Positions 22,246 to 30,900 of a DNA stretch of 64,000 nt are shown in pieces. Below the pieces are notes generated by a model that was given only the letters and a program-made list of their open reading frames with translations, was not told where the DNA came from and made no database searches. The stretch is from Acidobacteriota bacterium (GTDB lineage Bacteria > Acidobacteriota > UBA6911 > RPQK01 > JAJDTT01): NCBI GenBank assembly GCA_965217775.1, contig CBDCJH010000002.1, forward strand, positions 2,048,001 through 2,112,000, written 5' to 3'. Made by a program: the position numbers and the translations under genes. Position 1 is the stretch's first letter; the number at the start of each line of letters is the position of its first letter.

Positions 22246-23543
22246 TGCCCTATCCGAACGAGCGCGCCGGCTTTTCTGCTTTGGAAGACCTGGAGCGTCG
22301 CCGGATCGTCGAGGCGTTTGGAGATCGACTTGCGCAAGGAGTCAATCTTCCGCTCCAGCCGCTGCCTCCCTTCGAGCCGTTTCCGCAGCACAGACCAAGA
22401 CCCGTCGTCGTAGCGTTGGACGGGTCCAGCATCTACCACCGCATTCCAGCTCGACTGCCTGCAACTGAGGCGGGGTTGTTGTCCATTGCAATCGTCCGGA
22501 TCGATGTCCACCGGCTGGCGAATCTTGCTCAACTTCCCGAGAGCGGTGCGGTCGATCCGGTCCAGCTTCGTGATACCGAGGACGCCAGCACGCTGCAACT
22601 GGCTCTCCCCGGCCGCAACGCCCGATCGGCGGACGGTCAGTTGTCCCGCGATTGGTTTCGCAGTGTAGTCCAGGAAGTATTGGAATCGGGACATTTCGGG
22701 GGCGAGACTCTTGCAGAGACGCTCCACGCTCTCTTGGAAAAGACGCGCAACATCAAGTGCCCTAACCTCCTTTGTAACTCGAGACCCCTTACTCCACCGC
22801 CGGGCCGGATGCGATCACGGTGCCGGGGCTGTGGCACCATCGTACTTCTGTCGGACGCCCTTCGCGCGCAGGAGATCTTCAGCGACGAACAGCCATGCGG
22901 CGACGCTCATGGCCGCATTCGCCAAGCCTTCGAAATTCTGTGCTTGATGAACCTGTTGCGCGGCCTTGTTCAAACCGGGAACGGAAGAGCGGCCCTGCGC
23001 CGCATCGCATTCGTACTCGATGGCCCGCTGGCAGCATTCAGCACGATAGCCGCACTCCAGCCGGGAGTTCTACGGGAACTTGACCGAATCGACCGCCTGC
23101 TGTCACCGGGTCGCCTGCTGGTCATGTCCGCTGTCAAGACAGGTTCCTTCGTGCAGCACTTCTCAGAGCTGGACGAGGCCCCGGCACCGGATTCTCGCAT
23201 TCCGCGGGGCACGGCGTTCCTTCCCGACGACGACTACATCCGCGAGAACATCATTGCGCGGACCACGGACCAACCGTGGGGCCAGATCACTTACTTTGGG
23301 CGGCCTCTCGTGGTGAAGACCCACGACGGCCAGAGGTTGTTTCTCAACCTTGCACAGCCGGAAGCGGATCCGCCCCTCACGAACGCGCCCCGGCCCGTTG
23401 TGCTGAATGAGGCGATCGCCACTGCCGCGCGCCTTGGCGTCGGGCGCCACGAGTTTCTCCCGCTCCGGCGAGCCCACGCGAAGGCGGCCATTCCGCTCCG
23501 AATCGGTACAGCCATCATCGAGAGCCTGGCGAGACCACAATGA
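22245..23543 (+). CDS. NurA-like (RNase H fold) nuclease with a Cys4 insert
   Basis: ATG overlaps herA stop (TGATG); VVALDGS, FVLDGPLA, VKTG and C-terminal RRAH motifs; CPNLLC...CRGC. Confidence 0.8.
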   Translation: MPYPNERAGFSALEDLERRRIVEAFGDRLAQGVNLPLQPLPPFEPFPQHRPRPVVVALDGSSIYHRIPARLPATEAGLLSIAIVRIDVHRLANLAQLPESGAVDPVQLRDTEDASTLQLALPGRNARSADGQLSRDWFRSVVQEVLESGHFGGETLAETLHALLEKTRNIKCPNLLCNSRPLTPPPGRMRSRCRGCGTIVLLSDALRAQEIFSDEQPCGDAHGRIRQAFEILCLMNLLRGLVQTGNGRAALRRIAFVLDGPLAAFSTIAALQPGVLRELDRIDRLLSPGRLLVMSAVKTGSFVQHFSELDEAPAPDSRIPRGTAFLPDDDYIRENIIARTTDQPWGQITYFGRPLVVKTHDGQRLFLNLAQPEADPPLTNAPRPVVLNEAIATAARLGVGRHEFLPLRRAHAKAAIPLRIGTAIIESLARPQ

Positions 23544-24709
23544 CCACCTACGGCATCTCCCGGCTCCCTTGGCCGGCGCGCACGCCGCAGCATCGATGGT
23601 ATGGCTTGGGGCGCTACTACGCGATGTTCCCGGCGCCATTCGTCTCAAGTGCCGTCGAGGAATTCACGGGCCGCGGCGATGTGGTGATGGATCCCTTCTC
23701 GGGCAGGGGCAACGCCCCATACCTAGCCGCGGCCATGGGAAGGCCGAGCATCGCCGTGGACATTCTTCCCGTTGCGTGGCTATTTACCACCGCCAAGCTC
23801 AAGCCGTCGCGAAGCGCCGACCCCGTATTAGCGCGCCTGCGAGACATGCAGCGTTCGGTGCGGCCACAGGACCGCAAGTCCCGAAGCAAGTTCGAGACTA
23901 TGGCCTGGGCACCCGCCGTCCGGGGCTTCCTTCGCGCAGCCCGCCGAGAGCTGGACTGGAAGGAGACCCGCGCGGATCGCACCCTAATAGCGATCATCGC
24001 CCTGCACATGCAAGACAGCGGTCCCAACGGCCTGTCCAATCGGCTCTCCCCTACCGTGGCGCACTCGCCGTCATACGCCGTGCGTTGGTGGACCAGGCGA
24101 GGGCTTCTCCGTCCTCCCCAAACCGACCCAGTGGCCTTTCTCGCCGACCGGATCCGGTGGAGGTACACTTTCGGGATCCCGGATCTCGCTCGTTCCTTCA
24201 CCAGCTTGGGTGATGCCAGGAAAGAGCTCGAAGAGATGCCAAGGCACGACGTCAGGTTGCTCATTACATCGCCGCCGTACCACGGCGTGACCGACTATTG
24301 GAACGACCAATGGATTCGCCTCTGGCTTCTTGGAGCGAACATGCGCAAGAATTGGAAGCGGACGCAGAAGCACTCCAACCTTGCCGCCTACCGTGCATTG
24401 ATAGGGGATGTCTTCGCACGCACCAGAAGACATGTCCGCGCAGACGGCGTGGTCATCGTTCGGTGCGGCGACAAACCAACCACCGCGGACACCTGCAGGA
24501 AGGCGATTCAGTCCGCGTGGCCCTCGTGGGAGATTTTCGAGAGGCGGACCGAGGTGCGGCGACGCGGAACGGCAAGCGGCTACGGCCATGGTGCGAAGGT
24601 CATCCACGAAAAGGACATCGTTGCTGCTTCGCAGGAGTTGTCCGACAAGGCCCGCTCCTGGGCGGACAGCTCCCCCGACTCTAACCATCGAGAATCGAAC
24701 CGGAGCTAG
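23540..24709 (+). CDS. Site-specific amino DNA methyltransferase (N4-C or N6-A), motif I before motif IV
   Basis: YYAMFP, SAM-binding DPFSGRG and catalytic ITSPPY; ATGA overlap with nurA. Confidence 0.88.
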   Translation: MTTYGISRLPWPARTPQHRWYGLGRYYAMFPAPFVSSAVEEFTGRGDVVMDPFSGRGNAPYLAAAMGRPSIAVDILPVAWLFTTAKLKPSRSADPVLARLRDMQRSVRPQDRKSRSKFETMAWAPAVRGFLRAARRELDWKETRADRTLIAIIALHMQDSGPNGLSNRLSPTVAHSPSYAVRWWTRRGLLRPPQTDPVAFLADRIRWRYTFGIPDLARSFTSLGDARKELEEMPRHDVRLLITSPPYHGVTDYWNDQWIRLWLLGANMRKNWKRTQKHSNLAAYRALIGDVFARTRRHVRADGVVIVRCGDKPTTADTCRKAIQSAWPSWEIFERRTEVRRRGTASGYGHGAKVIHEKDIVAASQELSDKARSWADSSPDSNHRESNRS

Positions 24710-24834
24710 CGAATGACGAGGCGTTTGCCCACATTACCGGTCCACCCAACCCACCCGCGCCTCCTGGCCAAGGACCTCCTCACTGTCACCGCGGCGTGCG
24801 GCGGCGATGGCGGGGGAGACGGAGCGGGCGCCGC

Positions 24835-25130
24835 GCCATCAAGGTCGATGCGATCTTCGACCTGAGGGGGTCCACCGCCGACGTGGGGCCCGACTACGTT
24901 GGAGGCATGCGCGGCTACACCGACTGGACGAACATGCAAGGCGAGATCGAGGGCGGCCGATCGAGCAGATCTACAAGGATTGCGTCTGTCAGGCCCGACG
25001 CGCGGAGCAACTCGACGGCCAATTCGTCATCGAGCCCGCGATGACCTTCATGTGACGGGGCACCGGCGACACCGAGGAGTTGCGGCCCTCCATCGACGAG
25101 GGCGAAGTGCCCTTCAGTTTACCGCCGAGT
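24835..25130 (+). pseudogene. Degraded coding fragment (frameshift plus in-frame stop)
   Basis: Protein-like reading AIKVDAIFDLRGS...QGEIEG, frameshift near 24955, then PIEQIYKDCVC...MTFM*RGTGDTEELRPSIDEG. Confidence 0.5.
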
Positions 25131-25170
25131 CCTTCCCGCATGGGACGGTTGATGCCCGTCGGCCATCCCG

Positions 25171-27972
25171 CTACTCGGCCAAGAGACGGACCTGTTCCAG
25201 AACCGGAGTGCTTCCCCCATCCGGAGTGGTGAACAGAACCCGATATTGCAACCACCGGTCCCGTTCTCCGACCCGAATCTCACCCCCCGTGACATCAAAG
25301 TACCCTTCCTGACCTCCGGGTCCCGTCCAGCCGGACTGCTCCAGCTCCGCGTTCGAACCGGCGCTTCGGACCTGGAAGCGGATCGCGGTTCCATGGGGCG
25401 TTCGGGCTTTCCACTCCAGACGTCCGGACCGCACTCCGTCGGGGATCTCCAACGGCGCCGACGTGTACTCCTCCTCCAGACGCCGGTGGTAGATGTTGCC
25501 CACGTCGTGGCTGGTGCTGAAGTGGGGACCGAAACTCTGGATCCAGTCGCGGCGGGAGTAGGAATACCCCTCCTCCCCGCCCCAGAAAATGTTGGTGCCC
25601 ACGGCGTGGTCTCCGCGCTCCACGTGGTTGACCACGATCAGGTCCAGCCAGCGATCCTGGTTCAGATCGGCCACGGTGAGCGCCAGGGTGGACTCGCCCG
25701 GAAGAGTGGACCGGCGCGATTCGCTGTAGCTCCCGTCCGGACCGCCCCAGTAGATGAGGACGGGAAGCGAGCGGGTGGTGTACCCGTGGTAGTTGGTCAT
25801 CACGATGTCCAGGTACCCGTCCCGATTCAGGTCCGCCACCGATTGCTCTTCCGATTCAAAGGCCTCCAACTCCAGCGACCTTTTTTCCGAAAATCCGTCC
25901 CGGCTTCCCCACAGCAGCGTGGTCTTGCGCATGGGCCGGCCGAACCGCTCCGGGTCGTAGACCGCTCCCAGGATCAGGTCCAGCCAGCCGTCGGCGTTCA
26001 GGTCGGCGATCTCGGCGGTTGAGGCCGAGTGGACCTTCAGATGGAGGCGCCGATCCTCAACGTAGTTCCCCGATTCATCGCCCCAGAAGATCTCCGTATT
26101 GGGGGAATCGACGTCCGTGAAGATCAGGTCCAGGAAACCGTCGCGGTTGAAATCGGCCAGCGAGCTCACCATGGGACGCCGGCAACGGAGTGGCAAACGG
26201 GTTTCGCGGTCCGACCGGAAACCTGCCTGCCCACCCCAACGAATGAGACCCGTCGGATCGGGGGTGGTCGCGTCGGCCGAGCCGACGGCCACCACCAGAT
26301 CCAGGTGTCCGTCGCGATTCAGATCCGCAGTGGTGACCGAATAACCGCCGGTTTCAAGTTCCTCCGTACGGTCGGCAACGTAGCCGGCCGGATTTCCCCA
26401 GTAGACCCGTCCGGCGGGAAAGACCAGATCCACCCAGCCGTCCTGGTTCAGGTCGGCCTTGGTCATTAGTCCGCCCGTTCCCGGGAGCGCAGTCACGGAG
26501 GCCGTCGAGTAGTGATGCCGGGAATTCCCCCAGTAGATGAGGGAGTCGATGCGCCCGTGGGTGCCGCTGGAGCGGTTGATCAGCACCAGATCCGCATGTC
26601 CGTCCCGATTCAGGTCGCCTCCGCTGGCGCTCACGGGGCCGAAACCCTGGAGTTCCTTCCGGTGCGCCGGGTCGAACCCTTGGGGCCCGTTCCAGTAGAG
26701 GTAGGAATTCACATCATAGGTCTCGCCGCCATACTCGTTGGCGAAGACCAGATCCACCCACCCATCCCGGTTGTAGTCGGCCAACACCGCATCCGTGGCC
26801 GCCAGCGTGGGCAACTCGCTCCGGCGCTCCGGCGAGAACCCCGCCTGGCCGTTCCAGTAGACGTAGGAAGAGGAACCACGGCTGTTGGGCAGCACCAGCT
26901 CGGGAAGTCCGTCCCGGTTCAGGTCGCCCGTCCGGCTCTGCTTGGCTCCCTCTGCCGGCAATTCGATCCACGGCTTCCGGGCCGGTCCCCGCTCGCTTCC
27001 CCGGTGAAGCACCACCCGATCATCACTGTGGTTCAGAGTCAGATCCAGATGACCGTCCTGGTCCAAGTCGGCCAGATGGGCGCCGATGGGGTCGCCCCCC
27101 ATCCATTCGTCGCGCTCGGCACTTATGCCCTCCAGGCCTCCACGGTACAGGTAGGCACTCTTGTGCTGGGAATTGTTGTTGACAAAGACCAGATCCGCGT
27201 ACCCGTCTCCGTCCATGTCTCCCGCCGCGCAGTCGGCGGCGCTGACGGTCTCCACGACGCTGCGCCGTGACGTATCGAACCCCCGGGGGCCGTTCCAGTA
27301 GACGTATGACTCCAGGTGACGATCGAATCCGAAACGCTCGCCGCCTTCAATGCCCCGATTCGAAAAGGCCAGATCCACGAACCCGTCGCCGTTGAAGTCC
27401 CCGGCTGCCACTCCCCCAGCCAGAATCGTGGGCAGCTCGGTCCGGTGCTCCGCCTGGTAGCCGTTGGCGCCTCCCCAGTAGATGAGAGCCGACATGTCCT
27501 CCGAGTAGTTGTGGATGAAGTTGCAGAAGACGAGCTCAGGAAAGGAATCCTGGTTCAGATCCACCACGAGAGAACGGCCGCCGCCCGGGCTGGGCAACCG
27601 CGTCACCCCTCTTTCCCGGAGGCGGATCTGGCGGAGCAAGCGAGCAAGTGGCTGGTGGTCCGGAAGGTCCGGCAGGATGGACTCGGGTCCCCCGGTTCGA
27701 CCCCAGTAGACCAGGATGTCGGCGTTCTCCAGGACATCGTGGTCCTGACCCAGCAGGACATCCAGGTAACCATCGTTGTTCAGATCCCAACGGTGGATCA
27801 TCTCGACCGTCCCGGAGCGGGTCGCGTAGAGGTTGACCCCGCCGTCGCCCAGACGCCCCGCCGAGAAATCCTGGAAGGTGCTGTGGGTCACCCATGCCTG
27901 CTCCGCTCCCGCCGCAGTCGGTGCGGCCGTCACCACCGCAGCCAGGACCAGGAATCCGAACAATCTGCTCAT
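25171..27972 (-). CDS. Exported FG-GAP/VCBS repeat beta-propeller protein
   Basis: Signal peptide MSRLFGFLVLAAV; many D(L/F)N.DG..DL repeats each followed by (I/V)YWG. Confidence 0.9.
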   Translation of the reverse strand: MSRLFGFLVLAAVVTAAPTAAGAEQAWVTHSTFQDFSAGRLGDGGVNLYATRSGTVEMIHRWDLNNDGYLDVLLGQDHDVLENADILVYWGRTGGPESILPDLPDHQPLARLLRQIRLRERGVTRLPSPGGGRSLVVDLNQDSFPELVFCNFIHNYSEDMSALIYWGGANGYQAEHRTELPTILAGGVAAGDFNGDGFVDLAFSNRGIEGGERFGFDRHLESYVYWNGPRGFDTSRRSVVETVSAADCAAGDMDGDGYADLVFVNNNSQHKSAYLYRGGLEGISAERDEWMGGDPIGAHLADLDQDGHLDLTLNHSDDRVVLHRGSERGPARKPWIELPAEGAKQSRTGDLNRDGLPELVLPNSRGSSSYVYWNGQAGFSPERRSELPTLAATDAVLADYNRDGWVDLVFANEYGGETYDVNSYLYWNGPQGFDPAHRKELQGFGPVSASGGDLNRDGHADLVLINRSSGTHGRIDSLIYWGNSRHHYSTASVTALPGTGGLMTKADLNQDGWVDLVFPAGRVYWGNPAGYVADRTEELETGGYSVTTADLNRDGHLDLVVAVGSADATTPDPTGLIRWGGQAGFRSDRETRLPLRCRRPMVSSLADFNRDGFLDLIFTDVDSPNTEIFWGDESGNYVEDRRLHLKVHSASTAEIADLNADGWLDLILGAVYDPERFGRPMRKTTLLWGSRDGFSEKRSLELEAFESEEQSVADLNRDGYLDIVMTNYHGYTTRSLPVLIYWGGPDGSYSESRRSTLPGESTLALTVADLNQDRWLDLIVVNHVERGDHAVGTNIFWGGEEGYSYSRRDWIQSFGPHFSTSHDVGNIYHRRLEEEYTSAPLEIPDGVRSGRLEWKARTPHGTAIRFQVRSAGSNAELEQSGWTGPGGQEGYFDVTGGEIRVGERDRWLQYRVLFTTPDGGSTPVLEQVRLLAE

Positions 27973-30900
27973 GACTGGTCCTCCTGGTTCACCGTGCATG
28001 CGGGCCAGTACAGCACACCGGGTAGCAGTGAGGAAGGGGTCCCGTTTTCGTGGACGATTCGGATTCGGCGGAAACGCGGGGTGCGCCCCGCTCTGCGGCC
28101 AACAATCATAGCGGCTGGGTGGAATATTCACAACAATGACACGTAAATGACTCGAATGTTCACTCCATATTCACTCCAGAGGACTATACTTCTATCTTGA
28201 TCGTTCAATAGCTTCTGTTCACTTCGATACTCACTCATTGGAAGAAAGAGCTTGACATTGGCTGAACGGTGGCAATGCTTCTGGAGAACCGAGAGCCGGG
28301 ATTGCGCCTCCTCCCGGCCTGATTCCCACCCTTCTTTCGTCGCGCCCGCCTGGCCTCGGCACTCTGAGACTCCCCGCCCGCAAGACCGCTCCTGCAGCTC
28401 GGACCCTCGGTCCCGAGGACGCCTCACTCACTCTGCATCGACCTTCTCCCACCGCCTGGCGGCGGGCCTGCTGGCCGCGTTGGCCCTAACCGCCCCCGCT
28501 ATTGCCCAGGACGGTGCCGACCCCACGTGTCCAGGCGGGGGTTATAACCCGACGCCGACGGAGGTAGCAGTGACGGCGGTGCCCATCGTGGTCGAGTCCA
28601 CGACGGAGGAGTACTTCGTGCTCTATGTGAAGCACGATGTCGATGGCACGGAAGTGGAGATTCCGGTGGCGGTGACGTTGGGTGAAGCGGACACGACCAC
28701 GCTGGCCGAGAACGTGGAGGCCCTGCCCGCCGAGCGCTACCGGGTGGAGAAGTACCTTGTGGCCGACCCGGCCGACGTGGACGGCGACTGCATCGACGAC
28801 CTCACCGAACTGGCAGACCCGGTGGGCCTGAACCCGGTGAACCCTGCCGCGGCCATCCCACGCAGAGACGGGGTCGTCGCCATTCCCGATCTGGCAACAT
28901 TCGAGGCGATCTCCTTCGGCGGGTACCTCCCCAAGTTCGTTCTGCTCGGCATGAACACCGCCAGCCCGCGTCTCTACTTCATGAACACGAGAACCACTTT
29001 GATTCATGAAGAGTTCATGAATGCCGTCGGCATCGAATTGGGACAGGAGGGGATGATCGAAGGCAGTCTCATGAGTCGCGGGGATCTCGTTGCCCCCGAT
29101 GGCAGTCTGGGAGCCTACTGCTATTGGTGGCGACCTCGCCAGCACCCGTACTCCTTCAACGTCGTGGCGCGCGCCCATACGCTGCTTGCCGCCAGCATGC
29201 CGCTGCTCGAGGACGACTTGGTGTTTTACATATCGAACGACGCTCTTTCGCATGCTCAATCCGACTTGCCATTGTACAGGGAGTCCCGAATCCACCTCGT
29301 GTTCGACGACGAGTTCTTCCCCGAAACCGGTTTTCTGGCGTTGAATCCGGGGGAGGGGTACGGCCGGCTACGGGTCATGGACCCGGACGAGCGGCCTCAC
29401 CCGCGCGACATCGTGATCTACGAGGCACTGCCCAACGAGCTGCCCCGCGTGGCCGGCATCATCTCCACCGTGCCCCAGACGCCGCTGTCTCATGTCAACC
29501 TGCGCGCCGTGCAGAACGGCATCCCCAACGCCTTCATCCGCGATGCCCTCGACAACGACGAAATCGACGCTCTCCTCGGCAGCTACGTCCGCTACGAGGT
29601 GACCGAGGACGGCTGGGAGCTGCGCGCTGCCTCCCCCGAGGAAGTCGACTCGCACTACGAGTCTTCCCGCCCCGCCCAAGCGCAGACCCCGGAGCGGGAC
29701 CTCTCGTTCACCGGGATCACGCCCCTCAGCGAGATCGGTTTCGAGAACTGGAGGGCATTCGGCGTCAAGGCGGCCAACGTGGCGGTGCTGGGGACCCTGC
29801 GTTTCCCGGACGGGACCGTGCCCGACGGTTTTGCCGTGCCGTTCTACTTCTACGACGAGTTCATGAAGGCCAACGGGCTCTATGACGAGATCGAAGAGAT
29901 GCTGGCCGACCCCGCTTTCCAAACCGAATTCGATGAGCAGGAGGACGATCTCAAGGATCTGCGCAAGGCTATCAAGGATGCGGAGACGCCGCAGTGGATC
30001 ACCGACGCGCTGACCGCGATGCATGCGACGTACCCCGAAGGGCAATCGCTGCGCTACCGCTCCAGCACCAACAACGAGGACCTGCCCGGGTTCAACGGCG
30101 CGGGCCTGTACGACTCCAAGACCCAGAAGCCGGACGAGACCGAGAAGGACGGCATCGACAAATCGCTCAAGCAGGTGTATGCCAGCCTCTGGAACTTCCG
30201 GGCCTTCAGCGAACGGGAGTTCCATCGCATCGACCACCTGGCGGCGGCGATGGGAGTGCTGGTGCATCCCAACTACACCGACGAGTTGGCCAACGGCGTG
30301 GCTGTCAGCTTCGATCTTATCTACGGCCGAGAGGGACGCTACTACGTCAACACGCAGGTCGGCGAGGACCTGGTCACCAATCCCGAAGCGCACTCGGTAC
30401 CGGAGGAAATCCTGTTGGACGAGTACGGTTTTCATATCGTTCTTGCCACTTCCAACCAGGTCGAGCCGGGGGAACTTCTCCTGAGCGACGACCAAGTGAA
30501 TCAGTTGCGCCGGCATCTTGAAGTGATCCATGACCACTTCGAGACACTGTACAACCCTGCACCCGAGGAACCGTTCGCCATGGAGATCGAGTTCAAGATC
30601 ACCAGCGCCAACATCCTGGCGATCAAGCAGGCTCGCCCCTGGGTCTTCGACACCGCCTCGTCAACGGATATGGATGAGACCGCACCGAGGTTCTCTTCCG
30701 CGGTGGTGAACGGGGCGACGCTGACGCTGGTCTACAGCGAGCCGCTGGATTCGTCTTCGGTACCTGGGAACGACGCCTTCACCGTGACCGGAGGCAACCG
30801 GACGCGCAGGGTCACCCGAGTCCGGGTGAGCGGGCGCTCGGTGGAGCTGACGCTGGATCCGGCGGTGGAGGACGGGGAAACGAACCTCCGAGTAAGCTAC

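Noticed and set aside
28861-29340. Diversity-generating retroelement as the cause of the hypervariable domain
   Set aside because: Changes concentrate at codon positions 1-2, but many involve no adenine in either copy (T/C, C/G, T/G). The region is internal and ~480 bp long, and no reverse transcriptase or template repeat is in the window. It is not excluded if a template exists elsewhere.
29720-30645. Calling the giant genes ppsA/ppdK or rifampin phosphotransferase
   Set aside because: There is no PEP/pyruvate TIM barrel, the His motif precedes the ATP-grasp, and the proteins appear exported.
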